The notes under the pieces: model-generated
Seen by the model: the letters and a program-made list of their open reading frames with translations, nothing else
The model's database searches: none
Told to the model about the DNA's origin: nothing
Assembly (NCBI GenBank): GCA_963674835.2
Contig: CAXXKC010000003.1
Location: forward strand, 1,736,842 to 1,800,841
Source of the DNA: Thermoguttaceae bacterium
GTDB taxonomy: Bacteria > Planctomycetota > Planctomycetia > Pirellulales > Thermoguttaceae
DNA length: 64,000 bases
Direction of reading: 5' to 3'
Made by a program: the position numbers and the translations under genes
Shown here: positions 1 through 11,100 of the stretch, one piece after another
Position numbering within the stretch: the stretch's first letter is position 1
How the letters are laid out: each line of letters opens with the position of its first letter

Positions 1-2055
1 CCCCTTGTACGGGTGCAGGTCGGCCACAACGTCTTCCCAGATGGTCGAGCCGGGGTTGCACAGGCTGCCGATGACGCCGGGCGGGCTGTCGCTTCCAAAG
101 GTCTCGCCTCGGGAATAGGCCGTTAGCTTCGCGGCATCCGGCACTTCGCCCGCCGGCGCAAAGCCGTAGGTCCACGGCCCGCTGGGATTCTTCTCGATGG
201 AAAACTGCTCGGCCGGATTGTCGATTGTACCGTCGGAATGCCGGATCGTGAGCGTCAAGCCTGTGTTGTCGCCGCCATAATTCGCGTTGCCCGGGCCGAC
301 GGCGAAATCGAGTGTCTCGCCCGGATGCATGGCAATGGTCTTCGACCATGCCAACTCTCCGCCCAGATCATTTAAGTTGATATAGCCCTTCCATAACGGT
401 TCGCCGGCGTGCAGGATGTGGACGTCAGTCGTGGCGTGCTCGGCGATGCTGGCGAATTTGACGGAGACCGCGTACTCGCCGGCGGCCGGGGCGGTCCAGC
501 GGAGAACAGAGAACTCGTTCTGCGGACCGGGGTGGAGGGCCAACTGCCCTTGCTCCCAGACGATTCCCAAGGCACGGACGCGCCCCTTCGTGCCGTTGAA
601 GTTGATACAGGGCTCGCGGCCAGCGGGCGGCGTCCAAAACGAGATGCCCGACGGCGCCGAACTACTGTTCATGAGGTCGAAACGGCCGCTGTTGAGCATG
701 ACCAGGCGCGTGTCGTCATGCGCGCGGACTAGCGGCAACGCTTTCACCGCGTGACGAAAAACGGGCACGTCGCCCATTTCGTTAAGCAGGCCCCACATAA
801 TCACACAGGGATGGTTGCGGTCGCGCAGGATCATCTCGGAGATTTCACGGTCGAACCGCTCGGCCATTTTGGGCGAAGGTTCCAGGAACCAGCCGGCGAA
901 CGACTCTTCATAGATCATCAGCCCAATCTCGTCGCACAACTCAAGCTGGTAGCGAGTCGGCACGGAGCAGAAGAAGCGAATGGAGTTGAACCCCATGGCC
1001 TTGGCCAAGAGCAGGTCGCGGCGCGCCAGGTCGCGGTCGTGCGGCCAGTGCAGCCCGATGGGGTAGTGCGTCGAAGTGTGGGAACACTTCAGGAAGATGC
1101 GGCGGCCGTTGAGGCGGAAGTATCCGTCCGCAAAGCGGAAATCGCGAAAACCGCAGCGCGTCGACACTTCATCGAAGGACGCTGCATCGGGGATTGCAAC
1201 GCGGGCCATTACGCGGTAGAGATACGGATCGTTCAACTCCCATAGGTGCGGCTGATCGACGTGGAGCGTCGTGTCGATCGCGGTTGAGCCGGGCGGCACT
1301 TCACGCTCCAGCCGCACCGTTTCCAGGGTTTCGCCGCTGCAGGCCGGGCTGACCGTCAGCTCCAGGTGCCCGGCCGCCGGTTGGTTGAGCGCGTTATGGA
1401 GCGTTGCACGCACGCGGATCGTGCCCGTCGCGAGATCAGGCCGGACCCAGAGATCGGTCAGACGGACCGGCGGGGCCGTCAGCAACTCGACCGTGTCGAC
1501 AATGCCGCCGTCGTTATAGAGCGCACCGGCCCGAAACGGGATGACTTTGCAGCGCCGCGGGATGAACGGCAGGGCGATGCCGTCGATCGGCTCGTTGGTC
1601 GGGTTCAAGACCCGCACGGCCAAGAGGTTCTCCTTGCCCGGCCTGAGGGCGGCCGTCACGTCGAGCACGAATGGCCCTTCACCACCCTCATGGCCACCGA
1701 CGGGCACGCCGTTGAGCCAGACCTCAGCTAGATAGTCCACGGCCCAGAACCGCAGTAAGAAGCGTCCTTGCACATGCGGGTTGACAGGCGGCGTGAGCGT
1801 TCGCCAATACCAGGCCACACCATGATAGCCGGGAAAGGCCTCCTGGATGATCCACGGCACGCGAGTTTGCTTCGCCTCCGGCCGCGGCGCTTGGAACCAC
1901 TGCTGCTGACGGCCAACGTTCTCGGGATCGGTCGACAGGAGCCAGGTTCCGTCCAAGGGGATGACGTGCGTCGTTTGCGTCTTTTCCCTCGCCGCGGCGC
2001 TCGCACTCAGCGCCAAAGTGAGGAGAAGAGCACAGGCTTGTGGATAGAATTGCAT
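1..2055 (-). CDS. Glycoside hydrolase family 2 (beta-galactosidase/glucuronidase-like), secreted; C-terminus runs off the left window edge
   Basis: Absent from the supplied ORF track because it is edge-truncated. My own translation from ATG 2055..2053 gives MQFYPQACALLLTLALSASAAA (signal peptide). It contains FNSIRFFCSVPTRYQLELCDEIGLMIYEE and RNHPCVIMWGLLNE, which are GH2 TIM-barrel blocks. The frame stays open to nt 1 (685 codons). Confidence 0.75.
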   Translation of the reverse strand, partial: MQFYPQACALLLTLALSASAAAREKTQTTHVIPLDGTWLLSTDPENVGRQQQWFQAPRPEAKQTRVPWIIQEAFPGYHGVAWYWRTLTPPVNPHVQGRFLLRFWAVDYLAEVWLNGVPVGGHEGGEGPFVLDVTAALRPGKENLLAVRVLNPTNEPIDGIALPFIPRRCKVIPFRAGALYNDGGIVDTVELLTAPPVRLTDLWVRPDLATGTIRVRATLHNALNQPAAGHLELTVSPACSGETLETVRLEREVPPGSTAIDTTLHVDQPHLWELNDPYLYRVMARVAIPDAASFDEVSTRCGFRDFRFADGYFRLNGRRIFLKCSHTSTHYPIGLHWPHDRDLARRDLLLAKAMGFNSIRFFCSVPTRYQLELCDEIGLMIYEESFAGWFLEPSPKMAERFDREISEMILRDRNHPCVIMWGLLNEMGDVPVFRHAVKALPLVRAHDDTRLVMLNSGRFDLMNSSSAPSGISFWTPPAGREPCINFNGTKGRVRALGIVWEQGQLALHPGPQNEFSVLRWTAPAAGEYAVSVKFASIAEHATTDVHILHAGEPLWKGYINLNDLGGELAWSKTIAMHPGETLDFAVGPGNANYGGDNTGLTLTIRHSDGTIDNPAEQFSIEKNPSGPWTYGFAPAGEVPDAAKLTAYSRGETFGSDSPPGVIGSLCNPGSTIWEDVVADLHPYKG

Positions 2056-2830
2056 GGCGGGGCCCTTGGGGCAACTGGTGGATTCTTGCGTCCTTAGAAT
2101 ATACACTTTACTCCGCCGATTAAACATGGCCCGGATTCGGGTCATTCGTGGCGCGGAGGCAGAGGCTCCAGGCCAGTGCGCGACGAGGCTGTGCTCCGTC
2201 ACGCGGCTTTTGACGGGGTAAACGAACGTTTATCCCGGAGGTGATTGAGACGCTCTTGAGCCTCCCAGATAACGACGTGGGACGATCGAAAGGCTTACAG
2301 ATGGAGTCAGTTGGTGAAATCAGTCGCGGTTGGACTGACTTCAGGGATCGATGTTGTTGCCCTAACGCGGGCGTCGACCATGGCAGCCTTCCAGGGCCCC
2401 CAGCGCGCCAGAAAGAGCGCCGCAGTGACAGACGACCTAAAGCCGTCAACCACAGGATCGCGCCAGCGCTCGCCGTAGGCACCCTGGTGGGTTCTTGGCG
2501 GACGCCGCTACTGACACCGCGGGCAAGTTCTAGGCGTTATCGGCGGTCGCATAAGGTCACCGTCGACCACAGCGCTGCGCCACGGCCTCCAGATGAGCAC
2601 CACAGCCAACCGTCGCGGACACGCGGATTTATGGCACAACGAAGCAGCAGGTGTGCGGGCTGTTTACGACCACATTATTGATAGGGGATGGCGCATGGTG
2701 CCAGACTTTGCACATGGTGATGGCAAAATCCAAATGCAACAGGGCTGAAAAGTGATCTTGGAGAAAGATCGCTGGGTCCGTTGGAACGTCGTGGTTTACC
2801 AGACTACGACGTTCGCACGGAGGCCCAGCG

Positions 2831-3187
2831 ATGGTAGGTCATCTTATTCTCCAAGAGCGTGAACTCCTATACCGGCTGCTGAAGAAAGGGAAATCGAAGA
2901 CGGAGACTGCGGAGGTGATGGGCCGGGACCGCAGCACCATCTATCGCGAACTGAGCCGCAACACGAGGCGGGGCGATTACGAGCCGGAACTGGCCCAACG
3001 CCTGGCAGATCGGCGTCGGTGGGCCTGTCGCCGCCCGCGCAAGCTCGACGATGCCAACACCCATGAGTATGTTCGGGAGAGACTCCAGAAGACTTGGACG
3101 CCGGATCAGATTGCCGGGCGGAGACAGCGCGATTGTCGGCAAAGGCGTTCACACAGCACCTCGCCGACGTGGTATTTCCGCGGCTGA
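2831..3187 (+). pseudogene. IS30-family transposase, N-terminal fragment only (no DDE domain)
   Basis: 118-aa ORF with an HTH (ERELLYRLLKKGKSKTETAEVMGRDRSTIYRELSRN) and a WTPDQIAGR block typical of IS30 transposases. It diverges and stops about 100 aa in, and I saw no catalytic domain in any downstream frame. A perfect 9-bp hairpin GAACGTCGT/ACGACGTTC lies at 2784..2814, just upstream. Confidence 0.6.
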
Positions 3188-3822
3188 AGAGCCGCGGCCC
3201 CATTGAAGCAGTCAAGCAGCCGAACCGCCCGGACGGGTGAAGTCCAGGGTCCGAGAGCAGAAACCCCTCCCCGCCCCAAATTTCCCCCCGCCGCTATTCA
3301 GCGACCTCGAAATCGCTGGAGATTTCAGCCCCACCACACCCAGAAATCCGAGATCGAAATAAAAGAAATTACGACGAACCTCTCTTAGGGGAGTCCCCGG
3401 TCTCCAACGGGCGACAAGTTTCACGCCGAGTTTCTCGATTTCATTTTTTGCGACAGCCTTTGGTTTTTGCCGAGGCGGCTCCGAGGGGCAGTCGGAGTGA
3501 GGTGGGGCTGGTCTCTGACAGGAGTTTCGGGTCTCCCACCCCGCAGCCGTCTACGGCTTGGGTTCTAGGCCGAATGGGACCGACTCCCAAACGAAGACGG
3601 GAGACAAGCACAGAAAACCTACCTGGGCGCTAAACGCGGGGGACACGATGTTGAAATGGCTGGACGAACGAGCCTAGATCGGCTCCAGGCTCAGCGCATA
3701 TCGGAAATGTCGGTTCACGGTACAATCACCCTGGGCGATTGACATGGCCGCGGTCGGCAACAAGACTTGGTTCCGCCAGGCTACCGTTGTTGAGCCCCGG
3801 CGGTAAACGGAAGCACGCCCCC

Positions 3823-6800
3823 ATGAACCGGAACGAATATCATATCATGACCCGGCACCATCCCAAGAACGACGTCCTCGGCATATGCTTGTTTCTATGG
3901 TTAGGCGTTCTTCCCCAACTCGTTCAGGCCGAAAACCCGCAACGGTTCGGAACGATTCGCCCGACGGTCCTTTGCCCTAGAGAATCGGACGATCCAGCGC
4001 CGAAGAGGCTCGTGAATGTCGCGATCGTCAACGACACGGATGCCGTGCCGCTGCGGCTTCGGGTTACTATGGAACATCAAGCTGCGCGGGAGGTGGATCT
4101 GGGCGTGGTCGGACGAGGAACGATCGTCAAGCCCGTGGCCGTGCCGGACCTTGCCGCGACGGTGACGGCTGAGTTCCAACTTCTGCCGGCCAACAGTGAC
4201 ACGGTGTTGGATGTAAGGAAGGAAGTGATTCCAACAGCCCGGAAATGGAAGATCTACTGCGTCTCGTATTCGCACCACGACATGGGCTACGCCGACTTCT
4301 ATCAGAGAATTCAGCGCGACATCCGCCTCGGGGGCATTGAACGAGCGTTTGAGTATTGCCGGCAGACTGACGATTGGGCCATGCCCGACAAGTTCCGGTG
4401 GCTCGTCGAGACCTCTGTACCGATGCCGCAGTTTGTCGAGCATTTTCCGTCGGCGGTTGTTGACGAACTGGTTCGGCGGGTCGCCGAGGGACGGATCGAA
4501 TGGGGTGCGTGCCACAACACCGCCTCGCCCGACATGATGGCCACGGAACTAGTCGCCCGGCTGTTCTATACCCCAAATCGCCACGGCCGCGACATGCTGG
4601 GCATCGACTTTTCGCGTGTGGGAGTCATTAGCGATGTTGTCGGGTTGCCCTGGGGATTTGCAACCTTCACAAAGGAGGCAGATCTGCCGTACTTCTTCTT
4701 CAGCCCCAACCGTCTGGCGCGATGTTTGGAACCGGCCTTCCACACGCCGGTGTTCTACTGGCAATCGCCCGATGGAGATTCTAGTCGCACGCTCTTTCGC
4801 GTGATCCCGTACGACTATCCGCATCCCGGCAGTCTTACCGATTTCACTCCAGAGTCGATTCAAGCCTTTGTTGCCCGTTATGAGGATCATCAGAAGCTGG
4901 GCCTCGATTGCATGGTGTCGGTGGATACGAACGACTTCACGGTCCCGTCGCTCCATTACGCAAGCAATATCCGTCAATGGAACGCACGGTGGCGCTCACC
5001 GCAACTGGTTTGTGCTACGATGAAGATGTTTTTCGACGATGTGGCTGCTCAGATAGGTGATGCCGAGGTTCCCACTTTCGCGAAAGACGCCACCAGCGCC
5101 TGGGCCGATCAAGAACTGAGCGATGCGCGGTTGATCGGACAGGCCCGAATACTGGGACCGCGATTGACTGCCACAGAAACGTTTGCCACGATCGCGTCGG
5201 TCGCAGGCGGAGGGGAGTATCCCTGGGAAGACCTTTGGCAGGCATACAACCGGCTGTTGATGTACCACGAGCACACCAACGGTGCCGACGCCGGGAATCC
5301 AAGAGCGATCGGCACAGGCAAAGACGCCTACCCCGAGTACTACGAGACAGAGCAGACGATGCATCGGGCACTCGTCGAAGAGTCGCAGGAGTATTGCAAC
5401 CGGGCGGCGGAAACGGCCTTCTCCAAACTTCAGCGACTGATTACGAGAGAACATGACGCCACATTGATCGTTTTCAATCCGCTCTGCTGTCGGCGTACCG
5501 ACATCGTACGTGCTAAGTTCAGTTCCCTTCCACAAACACTCCGGGTCGTCGAAACCAGCAGCGGACGGGACGTTGAATACCAGAGACTCGCCGACGGCGA
5601 TCTCATTTTCTTGGCGCGAGATGTTCCAGCCTTGGGCTATAGGACCTACGCAGTTCTTCCCGCGAATTCGCCTCCCGAGTCGCAGCTGGCAGTTACGGTC
5701 CAATCGAACATCCTGGAGAACCGATACTATCGGGTTGTCTTTGACTCGTCGACCGGCGGTATTGCGAGCGTCTGGGACAAAGAGTTGAATGTGGAATTGG
5801 TTGACGGCCAAGCGCCTTACCGGTTCAACGAATATCTCTACCAGAAGAGCGTTCCCGAGCGTGGGAAACTCCAGTGGCAGAACGACAAGTCGGCGAGTCT
5901 GGCAGGCCGGGCCGGGCCGGTTCTGGGTTGGGTGACCGCACAAGTGAAAGCACACGGTTGCCGTAATCTCCGTCAGACGGTGACCCTTTATACGGATGTC
6001 AAACGCATTGATTTTCTTCAGGAGCTCGACAAAACGCCGTCGGGCATCACCTTGCCGGAGTATCAGAACTACGCATGGCACGGTCGCGAGGCGGTCTATT
6101 TCGCGCTACCGCTGAGGATTCCCGATTTCTCGATCCGGCACGACACGCCCGGCGCCGTCATCGAGCCGATTGTGGACCAATTCCCGGGCGCATCGACGGC
6201 ATACTATGCGGTGCAGCGGTTCACCGATCTCTCGAACAAGGATTATGGCGTGACCGTGGCGGCGTGCGAGTCGCCGGTGGTCGAATATGGCCGCCCCCGA
6301 GCGGCAACGTGGCTGATGGATTCCACTGCCAAGTACGAGTCGGAGCTCAAGTACCCCGGCCGGAGTCATCTGTTCTTCTATGTCATGAACAACTTCTTTC
6401 CGGTCAATGCCCGTTGCGATCAGCGCGGCCGGGCCGATTTCCGTTGGTCGATGCGAAGCCATCGCGGTGATTGGAGAAAGGGCAGCGCTTCGGAGTTCGG
6501 CGAAGAGACGTCGCATCCGCTGATTGCCCGATTTGTCCGAGGCACGAACCGGGGTTGCCTTCCAGCCGATGCTCACAGCTTCCTTTCGATCAATCATCGG
6601 AACGTTAGCTGCACCACAGTCAAGATGGCGGAGGCCAATGGCGAGGGCATCGGCATCCGTCTGAACGAACGGGAAGGCTTGGGAGGGCCTGTGACCGTCG
6701 CCTGTCCGTTCATGCCGCGTATCGCCAGAGCAATCGAAACGAACCTGATCGAAGATGACCGAGCCGTGGAGATCCCCATCCACGACGACAATCAGTTCAC

Positions 6801-7575
6801 TGTCGAGATGCGCCCCTTTGGCGTCAAGACAATTCGGCTTCTGGCTGGCGTTCGGACGCCGCTGCCGAGAATCACCGGGATGCGCGGCGAAGCAAAATCA
6901 GACATGCAAGTCGATCTGCATTGGCAAGCCGAATACGGCGACGCCACGCCGGGGCGATATACTATCTATCGTGGTACGATGCCGAGCTTTCCATTGACGA
7001 TGCGCTACTACGTTGGCTCAACGGCCGAGCCCCATTGGACAGACTACCCTCGTCGTTGTGTAGGAGGCTGGATCAGTAACTGCCTTGCTCCGGACACGAC
7101 CTATTACTATCGCATCGTTGCCGTTGATCCCTACAATCGGCGAGGCCCCTCCTCGGCAGCCGTTGCTGTTCACACGCGATCTGCCGAACAAGGCAATCGC
7201 CGGCCGGAGCAAGTCAAGGGGCTGCACGTCGTTCCGGTAAGTCCTCTTCAGTCGTGCAATTTCTTGACCTTGTGGTTCTACTCCAATATCGAGCCTGATG
7301 TGACCGGCTATGAGATTCACCGCGCCGAAACGCCCGATTTTAGTGCTGTCGACGCCACGCGGATTGGTAAGATCGATCTGGCGGTACAGATTCAGTACGA
7401 TACACTCTGGGGCGTCCCCATGCGCAATCCGCTGCGAGAGTATGATCGCCAAATGTTTCGTGATGCGACGGTTCAACCGGGAAAGACCTACTGCTATCGC
7501 GTCTGCGCCGTTGACGCCGCTGGCCAGCGCGGCGGTTATTCGGAATGCGTCTGCGGAAGAACGAAAGAACCTTGA
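3823..7575 (+). CDS. GH38-like glycoside hydrolase (alpha-mannosidase-like) with two C-terminal FN3-like modules
   Basis: ORF 3739..7575, trimmed to ATG 3823 (MNRNEYHIMTRHHPKNDVLGICLFLWLGVLPQLVQA, a signal/anchor). KIYCVSYSHHDMGYADF resembles the GH38 N-terminal HxHxDxGW metal block. C-terminal YYYRIVAVDPYNRRG and YCYRVCAVDAAGQRG are FN3-type strands. Family call is from motif memory only. Confidence 0.55.
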   Translation: MNRNEYHIMTRHHPKNDVLGICLFLWLGVLPQLVQAENPQRFGTIRPTVLCPRESDDPAPKRLVNVAIVNDTDAVPLRLRVTMEHQAAREVDLGVVGRGTIVKPVAVPDLAATVTAEFQLLPANSDTVLDVRKEVIPTARKWKIYCVSYSHHDMGYADFYQRIQRDIRLGGIERAFEYCRQTDDWAMPDKFRWLVETSVPMPQFVEHFPSAVVDELVRRVAEGRIEWGACHNTASPDMMATELVARLFYTPNRHGRDMLGIDFSRVGVISDVVGLPWGFATFTKEADLPYFFFSPNRLARCLEPAFHTPVFYWQSPDGDSSRTLFRVIPYDYPHPGSLTDFTPESIQAFVARYEDHQKLGLDCMVSVDTNDFTVPSLHYASNIRQWNARWRSPQLVCATMKMFFDDVAAQIGDAEVPTFAKDATSAWADQELSDARLIGQARILGPRLTATETFATIASVAGGGEYPWEDLWQAYNRLLMYHEHTNGADAGNPRAIGTGKDAYPEYYETEQTMHRALVEESQEYCNRAAETAFSKLQRLITREHDATLIVFNPLCCRRTDIVRAKFSSLPQTLRVVETSSGRDVEYQRLADGDLIFLARDVPALGYRTYAVLPANSPPESQLAVTVQSNILENRYYRVVFDSSTGGIASVWDKELNVELVDGQAPYRFNEYLYQKSVPERGKLQWQNDKSASLAGRAGPVLGWVTAQVKAHGCRNLRQTVTLYTDVKRIDFLQELDKTPSGITLPEYQNYAWHGREAVYFALPLRIPDFSIRHDTPGAVIEPIVDQFPGASTAYYAVQRFTDLSNKDYGVTVAACESPVVEYGRPRAATWLMDSTAKYESELKYPGRSHLFFYVMNNFFPVNARCDQRGRADFRWSMRSHRGDWRKGSASEFGEETSHPLIARFVRGTNRGCLPADAHSFLSINHRNVSCTTVKMAEANGEGIGIRLNEREGLGGPVTVACPFMPRIARAIETNLIEDDRAVEIPIHDDNQFTVEMRPFGVKTIRLLAGVRTPLPRITGMRGEAKSDMQVDLHWQAEYGDATPGRYTIYRGTMPSFPLTMRYYVGSTAEPHWTDYPRRCVGGWISNCLAPDTTYYYRIVAVDPYNRRGPSSAAVAVHTRSAEQGNRRPEQVKGLHVVPVSPLQSCNFLTLWFYSNIEPDVTGYEIHRAETPDFSAVDATRIGKIDLAVQIQYDTLWGVPMRNPLREYDRQMFRDATVQPGKTYCYRVCAVDAAGQRGGYSECVCGRTKEP

Positions 7576-7933
7576 CACCCTTCGCAAATGAAGCGGACGC
7601 CCATACACAGGTGACACAAAAGAACAGCAAGAAACAGAGGAAACGAACAACAGGCGTATTCTCGGTTGCCACTGTTAAGCCCACCTTGACCGGAAGGTCG
7701 CCTCCCAGGGGCTTCCGTGGCGCTCTGGTGCGACGTCGGGACGAGCGGAAAGTGCCACCTCCCTGCGGTGTCCTGGGGCCTTGAGCGTCCAGGACAGGTC
7801 GGCATCTGAACTGATGGCTGGTGAGCCAACACTCCATAAACACTCCACGAGCCGGCTACGCGGCTGCCCTGTTGCCCTACACCGAGACAGCGAAAAACGC
7901 CTTGTTTTGCAGGGTCTTCTTGAGCGTGCCGAT

Positions 7934-8022
7934 AGCGGACCGTAGTGGGCAGAAGTGGGCTCGGCAGACTTAAAATCCCGTGGGGAGTCCTCCCCGTGCG
8001 GGTTCGAATCCCGCCTCGGCTA
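7934..8022 (+). tRNA. Degenerate type-II tRNA-like sequence, tRNA-Leu(UAA)-like; 3' half intact, 5' half does not fold
   Basis: Perfect T arm GCGGG-TTCGAAT-CCCGC (7998..8014), long variable arm GGGGA-GTCC-TCCCC (7982..7995) and anticodon-loop-like CTTAAAA (7969..7975). The anticodon stem pairs only 2 of 5. I can draw no D arm. The best 5' acceptor (AGCGGAC, 7934..7940) pairs 5 of 7 with CTCGGCT (8015..8021). Confidence 0.35.
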
Positions 8023-8116
8023 GTGAGTTGTGGGAGGGTATTCGGACGTTCGGTGGTGGGTGTTGACGCGGCGTTGGTGTATCGTGGTTGGTGACGGCGA
8101 GCGGGGCGTGGGGGCG

Positions 8117-11100
8117 TTATTTGCGGTTGGCGGTGTTGATGAATTGGCGATCGGCTTCGCTGAGTTTGTCTAGGGGAACGGAGATGACGGAGCCGTCGGG
8201 TTTTTCGAGACGGGCTTGGCCATTTTCGACCTTGAGGAGTCGCGCCTTGGTGTGGTGTTTGCCGGTATCGTCGGTCCATTCGCGCTCCGTTTTGGCGACC
8301 GGCGATGGCTTCTGACTCAGCGCGCCGGTGAGGACCTGGATGAACTGCTGGCTCATGTGTCCGTCGAATTGGATGTAGCCGTCGCGGTCGATGAGGACGT
8401 AGCGGGGAACGCCAGTGACGCCGTAATCGGAGGCGATCTTGGACTGCTGGCCAATGCGGAGCTGTTTCCAAGGGAGTCGGTACCTTGCCACATGCTGTTT
8501 CACGGGAAGGTCGCCGTCGTCGCAACTGAGGGCGATCATCTCGAAGTCGGGGTGTTTGCCGCGGGTGTCGACGTAGTTCTGTTTCAGGACTTCGGTGGAC
8601 GCAACGCATGGTTTGCACCACGTCGCCCAGAAGTAGAGGAGCAGCACCTTTCCTCGGTAGTCGTCGAGCCGGAGCTTTGTGCCATCGAGGGCGGTCGCTT
8701 GGAAGCCGGGGGCCTTCGTTCCCAGTTTGTCGGAGTGATTCGATTTGGCGAGGACGCGCTGGTCGTTGAGGTTGAGCAGACACAGGCTCGGCAGTTCTTT
8801 GTGGAGGATTTCGCCGGTGTTCGGGCTGAGTCTTTCGGTTGACTCGATCCGCAACACCTCGAGTGCCTGGAGTGCCTTCAGGTGAGCCAGTCCCGTATCG
8901 GAGAAGCGGCCTCGCACCCAGAGGTTGTTCACGTTCTTGAGGCCGGTCAGGCTCGCCAAGCCGGCATCGGTCATCTTGGGTCCGCCGATGGTCAAGCGTT
9001 GCAGTGACGTGAGGCGAGAGAGATGGGCAATGCCTTCGTCGCCGATCTGCGAGCGGTAGGTGGTGAGTAGGCATTCGAGGTGTTTGAGGTTGCCGAGGCT
9101 GGCAAGATCGACGTCGCGGGCTCCGTCGAGCGTCAATTCGCGGAGCTCAGCCAGAGTGGAGAGGTCCAGGGGGGGCTCGTCGGAATGAGGCGTGTTCTCA
9201 AGCCGGAGATTGAGGACGCGAAGATCCGATAGACCGTTGAGGTGCCGTGCACCAGGCGTGGAGAACCCGTTCTCACGCGGCAACTCGAGCGATTTGAGCT
9301 TCTTCAACGCGGCCAGCGACGCCAGGCCGGCATCGGTCATTCGGGGCACCATGGCCACGCCGAGCGTGGCGAGGTTCTGCAGCTGTCCGATGTAGGCCAT
9401 TCCGGCGTCGGTAATGCGAGTTCCTCCGATACTGAGACTCTCCAGGTGCTTGAGACGCGCGAGATGCTTCACGCCTTCGTCGGTAATCGGACTGCTGGAA
9501 TAGCATCCGATCCACAGGTGCTTGAGATTGGGCAGCCGCGATACATACTCGCAGCATTCGTCGGTCATGTCGAAGTTCGGCAGGTCGAGATACTCAAGCG
9601 ACGGAATCTCGGCGAGCTGCGCCACGCCTCGGGCGGTCACGAGGGGCTTGCCGGGGGTCGACATCACTCTGACGTTGAGGCGTTTCAGGTTGGGCAACGC
9701 CTTGAGATGAACCAGGCCCGCATCGGAGATTCCGGTATGCCAGAGGTCGACGTATTCGAGCGACTTCATGTCTGTGAGGTGGCGGAGGCCGGCATCGGTC
9801 ACGTTCGCGCCCGGAATGCGAAGGCCTTTGAGCGCCTTGGCGGCTTTGAGGGCAGCCAAGTGTTCGTCGGTGAATTCTCTGCTGCTCCAGATGTACATCA
9901 GGGACGGAAGCTGCGCGATGCGAGCCAACGCGGCCGGCGGGACGGACGGGGCGCCGAATACGAATTCGCGGAGCGACTTCAGGTTCGTCAGATGGGTGAG
10001 GCCGGCAGCGTCGCACTGGCCGGTCACCCCCAGCGACAGTGATTCGAGCGACTTCAGTTGCCCGAGGGATTTCAGACCGTTGGCTCCGATGTTGGGCGTG
10101 TTCAGTTCGAGCACCTTCAGCGATTGCAGGGGTTCGAGCGAGCGCAGACCGCGATCGGTCACCTGAGTAACCCGGAGCCCGAGCTCTTCGAGGCCCGTGA
10201 ATCGGCTGAAATGCTGGATCTGGGCATCGCCGAACGGAGCGCCACCCCATTCTGAGCCGAGGACCTCCACGGTATGCAGAGCGTTGGGGTCAAGCCGGGT
10301 GGTCCAGGACATGTCCTGGGCGCCCGGGGCGTTCAGATTGAGTTTCACCTTGGCGGCGGCGGGAACCTTGACGGTACCACGGGCCTGGCCAAGGCAGATC
10401 CAATCCCAATGCGGATGGTAATCGATGGCACGGCGTGCCGTCATCCAGGACGATTCTTCCGCCGTGGCGATCCAGAGTTTTCCGACGGAGTGGTCCGCGG
10501 GAAACGGAATGACCCGCGAATCTCCTTCGGACGATGCCTGGGTATCGGCAAGGACGACTTGGAATGCGACCAGCCCGACAAGCGCGAAGATCCCGACCAC
10601 GACGGAGCTGCAGACCCGTTTGCGACTCAAGGGAACAAACAGGAGGCCTCGCTTGAGTCGCGCCAATCGCGCGATCACTTCGGGTGAACGGGCCATGGGA
10701 ATGGCGGCAGTGGCGGGCGGGATCCGATAGGCCGAAAGCGCCACGCGGGCCAGGGCGGCGGAGTATTGTTGTGCGTCGCCCACAAGGCGAGCCGCGTTGG
10801 TGTCTGCCACTTCCTCACAAGCCGTCGCGTGGGCTCTGCCGATTCTCCATGCCAGGGGATGCATCCAACATGCGATTCCGGTCCACTGGATGAGCGCCAT
10901 CCAAGCAAGATCCCGCGAGCGGTGATGCGACAACTCGTGTGCGAGGATTCCGGGGAGTTCCCCCGCGTAGGCCGCGCCGCACATCGACGTAGGAAGAACG
11001 ACGACGCGGCGCCAGATGCCTGCCACGAAGGGAACGTCGAGATTGTCGGCCTTGAGCAGGTGGAAGACCCCCGAAACGCCCATCTGGGCCGCGACTTGTT

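Noticed and set aside
4996-6081. 361-aa minus-strand ORF inside the GH38-like gene
   Set aside because: It is antisense to a long, motif-bearing plus-strand ORF and has no recognisable features.
7536-9074. 512-aa minus-strand ORF, extremely Arg/Pro/Thr-rich
   Set aside because: It overlaps the GH38-like 3' end, the tRNA-like sequence and the 3' part of the BlaR1-like gene in another frame. Its composition is typical of off-frame reading in GC-rich DNA, and it has no motifs.
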